Assembly (NCBI GenBank): GCA_034521595.1
Contig: JAXHMG010000003.1
Span: forward strand, 1,472,001 to 1,536,000
DNA length: 64,000 nucleotides
DNA from: Gemmatimonadota bacterium
GTDB lineage: Bacteria; Gemmatimonadota; Gemmatimonadetes; Longimicrobiales; Gaopeijiaceae
Direction: 5' to 3'
Shown: one piece after another, positions 19,620 through 35,408 of the stretch
Layout of the letters: every line of letters begins with the position of its first letter
How positions within the stretch are numbered: the first letter of the stretch is position 1
The notes under the pieces: generated by a model
Databases searched by the model: none
What the model saw: only the letters and a program-made list of their open reading frames with translations
Told to the model about the DNA's origin: nothing
Position numbers and translations under genes: made by a program

Positions 19620-22135
19620 TCAGTGGGGGGCTTGCGCGCGGGCGAGGTTCACCGACGGCCTCCACGGGGCAGAGGCAGGCGCCGGCTCCCCCCGCCTGGC
19701 GGCGACATACCTCGGCGTAAGTGACGCATTTGACGCAGCCCGGTATAAAGAGCGTTCCCGCGCGCGTGCGTGCGAAAACGGTGGATAAGCAGAAATGCGT
19801 CCCATGCGTCACTACCCGCTACGCCGATTCCAAGAGGCTGCGTTGGATCCGTCACGGCTCCCACCTCCGCGGCTGCTCGCTGGATGTCACGCGGAGTCCG
19901 AGGTATCCTGCGGACCCCGCCGGTGCCCCGCTTGGGCGGGTAGCCCCGCTCCTCCAGCGTAGACGCGAAACGCTTCTTTGAGCCGCCATACTCCCCGCGG
20001 CATCGGCCCACCGCTTCCATGAAGCGTAGAGCGTGCCTGCTGGCTCCCACGCCGACGGGTCCACATCAGCAGCATTCCTCCATCCACTGTGCAATAGCGT
20101 CCTCGGACTCCAGATACGATTCCGTCGCGGCGCGCACGATCGAAGGCGGGTTGAGCCCCTGGTGCTGCCAGGCGAGGCGTGCGTCGATGCACCAGCGGAG
20201 GATCGCCGGCCACTCCCGCTGGAGCTTCTCGGGTAACTCGTGATCTCGCTCCGCTTCCGGGATGGTGACGGTGAAGGGCATCAGATGAAGCCGGCGCCGC
20301 ATGGCCTCGTCGACACCACGGAGCGAGGGCCGGTGATTACCGATCACAAAGACCTTGAACTGCGGCTGGAACTCGAAGAAGTCTTGCCTCATGAAGCGCG
20401 CGGCGATCGGGTCGCCTCCGGTCAGCGCCTTGATTCGCGCCTCCGCCCAGCGCTTCCCGTCCTCCGTCTCCGATCCGATCGCGAGGCGGACTCCGCGGAG
20501 CCGTGCGAGTTCGGTCGGGTGGCGCTCGTTCTTCGACACCATGAGCAGCTCGGTCGGGATCGAGATGGCGTACGCGCCCAAGACGGCCTTAATAGTGTTG
20601 AGAGTTACGCCCTTCCCGTTCGCGCCCCCACCGTGCCCGAACGTAAACGCGTGCTCACGAATCGAGCCAGTCAGCGCGTAACCGGAGAAGCGCTGCAGAT
20701 ACTCGATCAGGTCCGGGTCGCCACCCGTGATGCGCTCGAGGTGCGCCGTCCAGATCGGGGCTGGCGTGCCCGGGGGTGCGGGAGCGACGGCCGTGAGCTT
20801 CGTGATGTAGTCCTCGGCTCGAGCGGGGTGTAGCTTCACCGGTCCGTAGATCCACCGTCCCACCCGGGGTGCCAAGCAGCCACGGATCGGCATCCCATTG
20901 CCCAACTTCGGCCGCCTGCGCAACGTTCGAACGAGCGAGGCCGATGACCTTCGTGATCGTCTCGGCTTGGCGCAGCCGCCGAGCGGTGTCCACCTTCTCG
21001 GGCCCGAGCTGGTCAGCGCGCTCACGGAGATATCCCCGCGCTCGGGTCATGTACTCGAGCGTCTCGTCCTGGACCCACACCCTGCCATTCCAAAAGACCC
21101 ACGCACCCCATGCGGCGACGTGACGCGCGTCGCCCCTCCAGCAGTCGCCGAGGTCGAGCGCCAGGCCGTCGTGGGTCAGGTCGCGGTGGCCCTCCTCCAC
21201 CTGGTGCTCGGAGTGGGGCGGCTCGACCACGGGCGCGCCTGGCGGCGGAGCTTGGGGGCGTTGGGCCACCTCCTCCTCCCCGGTTCCCACTCCGGCGCCA
21301 CCCGCGCGAGCTGCTTGAGCTCTTTCACCGATCCGCCAACGTCGAGCCAATCGCTGACGTCGCCCTTCGGTGGGAGGTCAGGTAGCTCGAGGACCTTCAC
21401 GGTCTTGGCGACCCCATGGAGCGAACGAGCGACCTGCTGCGCGTGTTCGCGGCCTGGCTCGTCGTTGTCGATGATGATGACGACGACTTGGCCGCGGAGA
21501 GCCTCGGAGTACTCGCGTCGCCACTTGCCGGCGCCGCCGGGGCACGTCGTCGCTACGATCCCGAGTTCGGTCAGTCGGTCGGCGTCCTTCTCACCCTCGA
21601 CAACCGCCACCGCCTTCGCGGACGCAAGCGCTTCCGGAAGGCGGTATAGTGGGAGACGACCTTGTCGCATCTGCAGCGCTCGGGATTGCCGCCGAGTCCC
21701 CAGGCCCAGCCGTCCGCGGCCTCGGGACAACGATGCTGCTGGCGGAAATCCTTGGGAGCGAGCCGCACGACGCGGCCTACCGGCTCGCCGCTGGCGTCCA
21801 CGTACGTGTACTCGGCGACGATCGCGGGGCGAGAGCCGTTGCTGTTGCCGTTCGACCCCGAGGCTGATCCCCAGCTCACGCACGAGACGTTGCGCTGCGT
21901 CGCGCGGAGCCATGCCCCACACAGCCGACGCGAGCGAGACCGGGGACCCTTTGAGCTCGCAGCCGTGACATTTCCCGGCGGTCCGGCCTCCCTCTCGGAA
22001 CACCGAGAACGACGGGTCGCCATCGTCGTGATCGGGCGACGGACATCGCCACCCAGCGCCGACCCTCTGGGCTCCGAGGACCTGCGCGAGCTGCTCGGGC
22101 GAGATTTCCGTGGCAATCCGGTCGTAGTCGATCAC
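19620..22135 (-). CDS. P4/PICI-type primase-helicase: CHC2 Zn finger + TOPRIM + D5/SF3 helicase (frameshifted)
   Basis: CPSPDHDD..PSF..CHGC; VVEGEKDADRL, DNDEPG, KGDVSDWL; GGGANGKG Walker A, IKALTGGDPIAARFMRQDFFEF. Confidence 0.85.
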
Positions 22136-22837
22136 GTGACCCCAACCTCCGCAGATAGAGCCGGCCCGTCGAAGGGCACGGCGCGCCGGAAGGTGACGCC
22201 ATGACGCGTCGGCGCGGCGCGTCCGACCATTAGAACTCGATTTCCTCGTCGTTGCGCGCAGCGTGCGACACAGGCGCAGATGGCTCCGGCTCACGTAACG
22301 GGATGGGGCCGGGACCACGCCCTATTCGCGAGTCCACACCGTACGGCAACGGCCAGGGCACGCACGTACGCCCCCCGCACCCGCAGTCGGCGGCGATGTA
22401 CCGGAGCCCGTGGGGCCCCAGCTCGCCCCGCAGAACAACGGCCTCCTCAAGCGGGATCCCGCACCACACGCAGGGTCGGTAGGCGGCGTCGCGGTAGGTG
22501 TCGAGCCGCAGGGCGAGCCTCATGCCGACCTCGGCAGCCTCCGAGAGTAGGCGGGCGGTCGCGGGGCTCACTGACCCACCTCGAGATCGCGCCGAGCGGC
22601 CTCGACGGCCTCGCGGCGGATGTAGCCGAGAGGGGCTCCTTCCGGCGGGCAGCAGCAGCCTGGATGACCTTCTCTCGTCGTCCGCCAATCGCATCGCATA
22701 CGTGAGCCGGGGTGAGCCCGGCGTTAGGCGTGCCGTAGTACCTCTCCTGTGCGTATTGCGCAAAACAACTCGGTGCTTTATTCTGAGCAATTCTGGCACT
22801 TTGCGCAACATGACGCAATGCTCTCTTCTGAGGAGTA

Positions 22838-23533
22838 TGGAGTATGGGCGGACCGAACGACCGACGGATACGGTGAACGGCTGAGCAAGGCTCGAAGAGC
22901 GAGGGCCACGCCCGATGAGCGGACGGAAGCTGGCCCGGCGCGTCCGAGGAAGTACCGCAACCTTGACGGTACCACGGACAGCGGCGTCAGGCAGTACGTC
23001 GTAGGGGCGATCGCAACCCCCGTGTCGAGCTCCTGCGTGCGTTCGCAGACGTGCTCGGGGTACGAGCGGATTGGCTCGCGTTCAACGACGGTCCGATGAC
23101 GGAGGAGGAGGCTGCCGTGGAGCGAGATGCTCAAGCAGCCCGCCGCTACGTGGTCGGCGAACGGGACCCCGACGCGCCGCCGGTTCCTCGCCTCCGAGAA
23201 AAGCAAATGCTGAAGGAGGCGATTCTTGAGCTCTCGCCGGAGCCTCCCCGCACCCTTGAGGAGATCCCGACCTGGGCGGACTCCACTGGTCGAGGTCTTC
23301 AAGCGTGTGGTGCTTCATCCGTCCGACGAGGAGACATTGCCGACATAGTTGCGGCGGTCCGCGGGCCCATCGGGCGCTTCGGCGTGGACTTCGAGCGAAT
23401 GCGCGATCGTCCTCGCATGATGGGTGACTACATCATGGCCCTCACGCCCGCACTGCTCGCCCTGGTGGCCGAGCGCGATCGGCAACAACGGGAAGAGGCG
23501 AGGTTCCGACAAGGGGCTGCCACAGATTCCTGA
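22838..23533 (+). CDS. Probable repressor-like HTH protein, divergent from the replication module (frameshifted)
   Basis: YGERLSKARRAR N-terminus and LGVRADWLAF, typical of XRE/cI proteins; AT-rich divergent intergenic region. Confidence 0.45.
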
Positions 23534-24289
23534 ACTGCTCGACGCGGCGGCTGAGGAGCATGCTCGGCGCTACCCAGGGAGACCTTTGGCGCCCTGGAGA
23601 TCATCGAGATGCTGGCCCAGGAGCACCGTCCAAGGCTCAGGACCTCAGCCTCCGCGCCTCATCCTGCGTCGTCGGTCAGGTAGTGCTAGCCTTGCACGAC
23701 TACCCGCGCCGTAGGAGGATGATCCTGCTACTTGTCACGGCGCGGGGAGGTCGGAATGAAGACCCGACGTATATGTCGCTGGACCCACATCGATCCTCGA
23801 ATTGCAGGTTACTGTGGATCAAGAGCCGTCGATCGAGGAGGACGACGGCAACTGGTGGATGGATGGAATCGTGATTCCGCCCGACCGCTTGATCGCGATC
23901 GTCCCGGACGGGCAGCTGGAGGGCCGGACCTGGCAAAGTATCGCCCCGAAATAGTCTTCCTGCTTGCGCTCCTCCGTTCTCGCTCTTCTCGAGGAAGTCA
24001 GGCGTCTCACGTGCAAACCAGCGCTGCTGTGCTGGCGCTCGTACGGTAGGCGGCGAGTGAGGCTCCATCGATCGGGCTTCTGCGATGCCATCCGGTTTCG
24101 GCAAAAGCCAGAGAAAAGCTCGTGGCCTGGCGCTGGTCGAGGGCGTCGTACTCCTCCATCTGCCGAGGGATCAATGAGGAACCCGCGCTCGGTCCGCGCC
24201 TGGGCGAGTGGTGACGGGCGTCTTCGAGTGCGCGCCAGCTGAGTCGGAGTCCCCGCCGTCCTCGTGTATCGTCGAGCGTGAGTCGCCGC

Positions 24290-24723
24290 TTATCGCCGTC
24301 CAGCGTGTAAGTCCACGGTCACCGCAGAGCTTACCGAGGGCACGCTTCCATCTGCCGTTACGGCCAGCCTGGTGACAGCTACAACGTGCCTGGCGCGATG
24401 GACGAAGCCTGACGGCAACGCGCCCCGTTTGATCGAGTCTGGGGTACGCCTCCAGATACACGAACTCGAGGACGAATGGCGAGGGAGCCTAGCTGAAACA
24501 GAGCCCCGAGGATCGCCAGCGGTATCCCCACGAGAACCATCGTCGCAGGCAGCGTGGGAAGATCCATAATGATCTGCCATATCGAGCCGAGTGCGGTTCC
24601 GGTCAGGGCGAGCCAAAGTCCGGAAAGCAAAGCCCACCAGCCCTTCAGCCCCAAGTAGTTGACGCCCACGGAGCGCGCCATTGCCCAGCGTGCTTTCCAT
24701 TTCTGCGGGGCTCGCACGTTCAA
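24290..24723 (-). CDS. Hypothetical membrane protein (frameshifted, end uncertain)
   Basis: Two hydrophobic helices in ORF 24379-24723. Confidence 0.35.
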
Positions 24724-24846
24724 ATCAGTTGCACCGATGAGAAAGCAGGCGACGTTGTCGGGGCCATTCCGGCAGCGCCCTCTCCAGGGCTACGGTTCTG
24801 GGATGGGGGACTAACGCTACGCCGGTTCCGGGTACGGCTCCGGGCC

Positions 24847-27987
<3,141 letters not shown>

Positions 27988-28030
27988 CGCTCTCCATCCC
28001 TCGAAAGCAAGGGGGACGTCCACGGAATCG

Positions 28031-29359
28031 TCACGAAGCGCTCGCCTCGACAAGCTCTTCCGCCACCGGCACCCGGATCTCCCCCGATATCAGCCTGGGA
28101 AGCAGTGTATCACGCAGAGCTGCAAGCACGCGGGAACTCCGCAGCCCTGGGTAGTGCTGGAACGAGCGGACCCGTGAACGCGCCAAAGGCCACGGCGACG
28201 CGCTCGTCTGAGAGGTAGGGCCAGGCGGTAATGTTCCAAGCGGTAATGGGTTCGGCTGCCTTCCACTCGAGCCGGTCATGCTCCTAATCGCAAATTGACG
28301 GAACGGCTCGTGGCGGGCCAGGCAATAGGCGAAGTGCTTCTCGGGAAGCGGGGGCTTCGGTCGGAGCACGATGTACTCCGTGGAGCCCCATCCGACCTGG
28401 CCATCCGCAAGATAGATCAACGTAAGCAGTCTTTCCGTTTTCCCAGACGCGGAGTGATACGTGCCATGAGGAGTATCACCGATTCAGCGAAACGCTCACA
28501 CGGGGAGCCATCAGGCCCGCTCCCCCATAGAGTCTGGGGTGTGGCCCTTGGTGGGCATGCTTGCCGTCGGCAGATACGGGGGCGGAGATCCCTCTGGACA
28601 AGCGGCGGGTAGGGTTGATGTCGATCACGTCTTTCAGACCAACGACTTCCCACCCCTCAGGCACTTTCCCCAATTCCGAATCCACCATCCGGTCCGGAAA
28701 TAGGTCGTACCAATGCTCAGGGAACCCCGGCAAGGACTCTCCTGGCTGCCACCGCCCTTCGATCTTCGGCGCGCACCGGCTCGAAGTCTACGAACCATGA
28801 CTTGAAGAGCGTGTGCGTCATTGCCTTCAAGCGTCTCCCATCCTGCGGGTCAGCTCAATCTTGTCGTCGAGCGTCCCGAGCACGTCGGCAATGTCACGCT
28901 GTTCGGAGACGGGAGGTAGCGTGACGATGAGATGATCCAATCAGGTCGACGGGACACGTTGCCGACCCGACGAGCCCGTCATCTGGCTAATCGCGTACGC
29001 CCTCACCTCACTCCACTGAGCCAGGTAGTAGGCGAAACCGGTGTCGCTCACGCCGGGGCGGCCGCGGATGACAATGAACTCCGTCGATCCATGGGCCCCC
29101 TCCGCACCACGTGAGTCGCGGTAGCGCGCGATCTTGCCGTTCTCAAGACACGGTGTGATTCGCGCCATCAGAACGTCGCCGTCTTGAAACCGGGCACCAC
29201 CGCCAGTGAACTCACGGCACTCAGGGGCGACAACGGTCCTTATGCCGGGCTCCACGGCTCCCATGTCTACGAAGGGGAAAGGTCGACCGCGCTCAAGCGT
29301 CACCGGAGGATTTATCTGAACCGCCTGACTTAGGGCAATTCCCGCCACTCGTCACGCAT
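28031..29359 (-). CDS. hsdS: Type I specificity subunit S (frameshifted)
   Basis: Two TRDs with ARITP..ENGK and GSTE(F/Y)[12 protein letters not shown] and [16 protein letters not shown] conserved regions. Confidence 0.88.
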
Positions 29360-30929
29360 ACCCAAGCCTCTCCAGATTCGCGGCGATGGCGTCGTCGAGG
29401 CCTGCAGCTTCAACTAGCTGCTGCTGCCGTTCCGCCACAAGATCCTCCATCTTCTGCTCGAACGGCTCGTCATCCTCCTCCAGGGCCTCGGTCCCCACAT
29501 AGCGACCGGGCGTCAGTTCATGGTTGTGTCTGCGGATCTCCTCAAGTGGCACACTCTTACAAAATCCCGGCACGTCATCGTACTCGCCGGCGCCCCTCTC
29601 ACCCCTCCAGGCGTGATATACATCGGCGATCTGTGTGATGTCCTCGCTCATCAGTTCCCGGTGGGTGCGATCCACCATCGTGCCCATCCTCCGGGCGTCG
29701 ATGAAGAGCACCTCTCCCCGCCGATCGCGGTATTTCCCATTGTTGCGGTCACGAGCAAGGAACCACAGGCAGACGGGGACCTGCGTTGAGTAGAACAACT
29801 GCCCCGGAAGCGCGACCATGCAATCCACTAAGTCCGCCTCCACGAGATTTTTCCGGATCTCACCCTCGCCCAGCTGCTGGGAGCTCATGGATCCCTTCGC
29901 CAGGACGAACCCCGCGGTGCCACGTGGGCGCGAGGTGATGCACGATGTGCTGGACCCAGGCGAAGTTGGCGTTGCCGGCCGGCGGGATCCCGAACTTCCA
30001 GCGCCTGTCGTCCTTCAGCCGCTCTCCACCCCAGTCACTGATGTTGAAGGGCGGGTTTGCGAGGATGTAGTCGGCCTTCAGGTCGGGGTGACGATCGTTG
30101 TGGAACGTGTCGCCGTGGTGCGATCTGACCCTCGATGCCACGGATCGCCAGGTTCATCTTGGCGAGCCGCCAGGTCGTGTAGTTCGACTCCTGGCCGTAG
30201 ATCGAGATGCTGGAGCGGGCCTTCCGCCATTGCCGTTGCCGTTCTGGTGCGCCCGGATGAACTCCACCGACTGTACGAACATCCCCGAGGAGCCGCAGCA
30301 CGGGTCGTAGACTCGGCCCTCGAAGCGGTTCCAGCATCTCGACCAGCAAGGGCGACGACGCAGCGAGGCGTGTAGAACTCACCGCCCTTCTTGCCTTCGG
30401 CGCTGGCGAACTGGGACAGGAAGTACTCGTAGACGCGGCCGAGCACGTCCTTTGGCCCTCGCCGACTCGCTCCCAACGCTCGATGTTGCTGATCAGGTCG
30501 ATGAGCTGGCCCAGCCGGGTCTTGTCGAGCGCCGGGCGGGCGTAGTCCTTCGGTAGCACACCCTTCAGCGGACGGGTTGTCGCGCTCGATGGCCGCCATC
30601 GCGTCGTCGACGAGCTGGCCGATGGTCGGCTGCTTGCGCTTGGTTCTTGAGGTGCGGCCCACCGCGCCTCGGGCGGCACCCAGAAGACGTTCGCGGCACG
30701 GTACTCGTCGGGATCCTCCGGATCCGCGCCCTGATCCTGCTCGTCGGTCAGCCGCGCCGTGTAGCTCCTCGAAGGCATCCGAGATGTACTTGAGAAAGAT
30801 CAGGCCGAGGACGACGTGCTTGTACTCAGCCGCGTCCATCGAGCCCCGAAGGGCGTCGGCCATCTTCCAGAGTTCGGCCTCATATCCGACGTTCGCGGCG
30901 CTATCGCTCGAAGTCTTGTTCTTCGTCAC
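29352..30929 (-). CDS. hsdM: Type I methyltransferase subunit M (frameshifted)
   Basis: [62 protein letters not shown]. Confidence 0.92.
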
Positions 30930-31293
30930 GGGATCTTTTGCTGGCGGGATGTGAGGAGGAGGTCGAAGATGGAAGCGCCCTCGTCGTGGATGGGTTCGGG
31001 ACGGAAGGTCCACCGAAAGCCCACCGGAGGCAAGGTATCCGGGTGGTTCAGCGGGAAGCGATCCGGACTCCGGTAACCGGGTCAACCTCCGATTGCCACG
31101 GGGTCACCGACCACCACCATGTCTTCGTTCTCTCGCACATCGGTCACCACCTCCGATGGCCCGCTCGCACCCTACCTTTCGCGAATCAGTTGCCCGGCGG
31201 AGTAATGCACGAGTCCTAGTCCAGTGGCTAGTCAGAACCCCAGGCGTCTGTTGCCGGCGCCGTGAATCTGTCCTACCAAGACGCGAGTCAATT

Positions 31294-32580
31294 TTATCCT
31301 CGTGCCCTTTGGCAGCTCGTCGACACACGGCATCGCACCGTTGGCACAACCCTCCACCTCCACTCACGCCCTCCTTCCACGGGCATCTGCGCGGCGCGGA
31401 GCTCGCGTTCCAACTCCCTGCGCCAACGGTCATCGTCGCTCATCTCGATATAGACGATTCCGTCAAAATCTGACGGGGCCTCCAACCTAGGACTCACGAG
31501 CGCGCACACCCTGGGTTGACCGAGATGGGCGAGGAAGTAACCGAGTTCGAGGATGACGTTCTGACGCGCCCTTGGCGCGAGCTCACCTGCCGCCGCTCCA
31601 CCCCGATCGTCACCCGTCATGACAATCACGGCGAAAGTGACTAGCTCCGCTTCTTCGATGAACTTGGTAAGTAGTACGGCGCCCCATGTTCGGCTGATCA
31701 TGGAGGACGATCGGATCCAAACCGAGCTCGACCAGAAAGTCGACAACTTCGGTTCGCGCTTTCTTCGTCCCGTCCGTGCACGACGAAGACACGGCGTGGA
31801 TGGCGCGTTTCTTCGAAGGCATCGGGAGGTGGGCCAGGACTCGCTCCGGCTTATGGCCTCTTCGTCCACGGACACGCGGTCAGCGGCATCTGGTCCAGAA
31901 AAGGCCCTTCTAACCAGGAACGCCGACAGCAACGAGCTCTCAGCCGTAACCGCCCCCGGGTTCTTCAGTGCAAATCTGATAATCTGGTTAGCACGGTCCC
32001 GGCGACTACCAAGCTCCCGACCAGCCTCCAGTTCGGTCACCCCAGCCTCTGAGCAGGAGATCGTCAATCTCCGTGTGACTCCAATCGGATATGACATTCC
32101 GGACTCGAATCAGGTCATTCCGAGGCGGTGTTGGTAGCCCCCGCGGAGTGAATCGCCCGAGCAGTTGAGTACTGACGTCAACGCCTCCCTGGGCCAAGAC
32201 GGCTAAGAGGTCGCCGCGTTTGACAGCCCAGTGATGTCGGCTGAACTCAAACTGTTCGATATCGAGGTGACCGCGGAGGCGCCAGATCGCGTCGTTGGTT
32301 AGCGGCTCGGGGCTAAGATCCTCAGAGACGGAAACCACGATATCACTGCCTGTACGGCGGATGGACTCGATCTCAACAAGGTACGCTCGCTCATCCGCAC
32401 GCCCCTCTTGCATAAGAAGGCAGGGCCAGGACTGGATAGACCTGCATCGCCTCGGAAGAGCGGCTTCGAAGTTGATCGGAAATGACCCGGACCGTGCTAC
32501 TCGAGAAACCGGGAGGGCTCGACGGTGACGAAATGTTCGTCGAGTTGCGCTACGTCGTTCGAGACTATCAGGTTGTACAT
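31294..32580 (-). CDS. TIR-like nucleotide-binding domain protein with uncharacterised N-terminal domains (frameshifted)
   Basis: C-terminal FAVIVMTGDD...RARQNVILELGYF...PSDFDGIVYI matches the CAP12/Pycsar-type TIR family; start MYNLIVS at 32580. Confidence 0.8.
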
Positions 32581-33030
32581 GCGGGCAGCTTACGGTCCCG
32601 TCACTGCCGCGGAAAGAGTCGGGTCCCAGGATAGCACGGGCGCCCAACCTCACTCGAATGAGGCACGTCGGTGACCGCGGGTGGCGTCACAAGGACCGTA
32701 GCCCGGGCGTCGGCGATCGCTGACCTGACCCCAGGGCCACTACCGGGAACTCTGCTGACATCGGGCTCTTGAACACTGATTCTCGGCCCGAACTCTACCC
32801 ACAATCTCACCCCCATACGGGAAGATCCGACGCGCAGAATCAGGCCGATTGACCTTCTTCGCAGGGAGAGACCGTATCTCGACCCGCAGCAGGCTCCTGG
32901 ATGCGGTCGCCACTTCTGAATTGCCGTGGCCCGGGTGAGCGCAAGAAAACCAGCGCTACTCCCAACAAGCTTCCCGTGCCTCAAGATCAAGACCAGCCGA
33001 TCGAGGATACGCTGCCTCGCGTCCGCTCTG

Positions 33031-33086
33031 GGCCATGTGGGGGAAGCGAACGAAGTGAGCGGAGCCGGAAACATACTTGTTATGTG
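33031..33086. repeat. attC-like hairpin repeat A (right arm only)
   Basis: GGCCATGT..GCGAACGAAGTGAGCGGAGCCGGAAACATACTTGTTATGTG, closely similar to the right arm of repeat C. Confidence 0.7.
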
Positions 33087-33294
33087 ATGGGTGCCGCTGT
33101 CCGTCGACATCAGTCACGTCTTGGGGTCAGTCCGCTCTTGCCATGGATCCTTCGCCGCGTCCATGATGCTCGGGTGAAGATCAAAGACATTATCCGTGTC
33201 AACGCCGGTTCAGAAGTGGACAGATCCGACGGAGTAGAGTTTGACACTTCCGGGTCGGGTTGGTTGGTCATCGGGGCATGAGGTTTCTCCTGGC

Positions 33295-34078
33295 TCAGGG
33301 GTGAGGGGACGGCGAGGCCGGCGTTTCTTCGGTGGCGGAGCCGGTAGCTTTCGCCGCGGATGTTGAGGGTGGTGGCATGGTGGAGTAGACGGTCGAGGAG
33401 AGCGATGGCGAGGACGGGATCGGGGAAGATCTCGTCCCATTGGCCGAAGCTCTTGTTGGAGGTGAGGATGATGGACTTCTGGGCCTGGTAGCGCTTGTTG
33501 ACGACCTCGAAGAGGAACGTGGCGTCGTGCTGCTCGAGGGGCAGATACCCGACCTCGTCGAGGATCGAGGACCTTGGGCCGGATCAGGACACGAAGCAGG
33601 ACAGTCGAGCCGGTTCTTCTCGCGATGGGCTCGGGAGCGGGTCACGAGGTCATGGAGCGTGAGGAAGTAGATGCGGTGCCCCTGCTCGATGGCCTTGAGC
33701 GAGAGGCCGATCGCCGAGGTGCGTCTTGCCGACACCGCTGGGTCCGAGGAGCAAGACGTTCTCGCCCTGATGCAGGAAGCGCAGCGTGGCGAGCTCGGCG
33801 ACGACGTCCTTGGGCACCTGAGGCTGAGCCTCGTAGTCGAAGTCTTCGAGCGTCTTGGGCGCCGGGCAGGCCGCTGAGCTTGAGGTTGGTGTTCACCCGC
33901 CGCTCGAAGCGAGCGGCGAGCTCGATGCGTGAGGAGCTCGTCGAGGACCTCGACCGGCGAGCTTCTCGCTCTTCTGGCCCCGCTCCAGGATCTCGATCGA
34001 GAGCCGTGAGCGCGGCTTCCAGCTTCGAGTTGATCGAGCTGGTCGCGGACCCGCTCGTAGCTGACCGCGCGCACTCAT
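33295..34078 (-). CDS. istB: IS21 helper ATPase (frameshifted)
   Basis: YERVRDQL.., GPSGVGKT region, DEVGYL, TSNKSF, AILDRLLHH across frames. Confidence 0.85.
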
Positions 34079-35408
34079 GAGGCGCCCCCGCGAGCAACGC
34101 GCTCATAGGCATCGAGCGCGCCTGGATCTCACGACGGGCGCGACCTGCTTGAGGCGATCGAGTCGACCGACGAGCCGAGCTCGGCCGCCGCGACGCGCTG
34201 CATCGAAGCGAGGCGGGCCGCCTCGTCGTCCGCACGCCTTCTGAGTCCACTGCCACGTGTGAGCTGGCGGATCGCCTTCGGCGTGCTCGGCGAGCGTGCA
34301 CGGCCGGCTCCCGGAGGTCGGACGCGATGCCGACCAGGAGCTCGGTCGCCGAGGTAGACGGCGAAGCACGTCCGTCGCTCCTCGGCGGCCGCACCATCAC
34401 CGTGTGGCCGCAGCCGCGGGTCGGGCACGCTGTAGCGCACGCCTCGGAAGCTGAAGTGAGCAGTCGGCGGCCACCTTACGGAGCTCGACGGGCCGCATGT
34501 CGTAGGCCGGCACCGCGCTCGCTCGCCGGAGCTCGGGCAAGCTCGACGACGGTGGCGATCCAGCCGGCCGCTCGCCCGTGGTGCCGTGCACCCGGACGTT
34601 CGCGACCGTGTCGAGCCAGTGCTCGAGCTGACGGTTCAGATCCTCGAGATCGGTGAAGTGAGCGGCCCTCGAGGAACGATTGCTTCACGTAGCCGACGCC
34701 CCGCTCGACCTTGCCCTTCACCCGCGGCCAGTACGGTGGACTCGCCACCGGCAGCACCTCGTAGTGCTCGCACGAAGTCCAGGAACGTGGCGTTCCAGCG
34801 CACCGTGCCCGTCGTCACGTCGTGCTGGTCGACCGCCTGCTTCATGTTGTCGACCAGCAGCTCGCGCGGGCACGCCCAGGCGCTCGAACGCCTCCTTCAT
34901 GCACGCCAGCAGGGTCGGCCGCTTCATCGACGTCGTGAAGCGCGCATACATCCGGCGGCTGTAGCCCAGAACCAAGATGAACACGCACAGCTTCTTCGTT
35001 CGCCGACCCTGCTCGATCGTACCGCACTCGCCCCAGTCGATCTGGGCCTGCCGGCCGGGCAGCGTCTCGAAGCGCTCCATCGACCCGACGCGCATGAACT
35101 CTGCCTTCAGCGGCCGCATGAAGTCGCGGAGGATCGTGAGCCCACCCTCGTAGCCGAGCCCCTCGAGCTCTCGCTTCAGCACCGTGGCCGGCAGGTCGAA
35201 GCGCCTCCAGGCGAGCCCGGATGTAGTCCTTGTACGGATCGAGCTTCGAAGCCCGCCCGGCCCGGGGCTTCGGATACGGCTCGGTCCGGTTCAGATGGTT
35301 GTAAACCGTCTGGCGCGTCACGCCCTGAGCGGCGCGCGATCTCGGCTGATCGTCACGCCCTCTTCGGCCAAAGAATTTGATCTGCATGTGCTTCTCCCGT
35401 AGCATCAT
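34076..35408 (-). CDS. istA: IS21 transposase (frameshifted)
   Basis: SKLDPYKDYI, RFETLPGRQAQIDWGE, LGYSRRMY, KGKVERGVGYVK. Confidence 0.88.
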
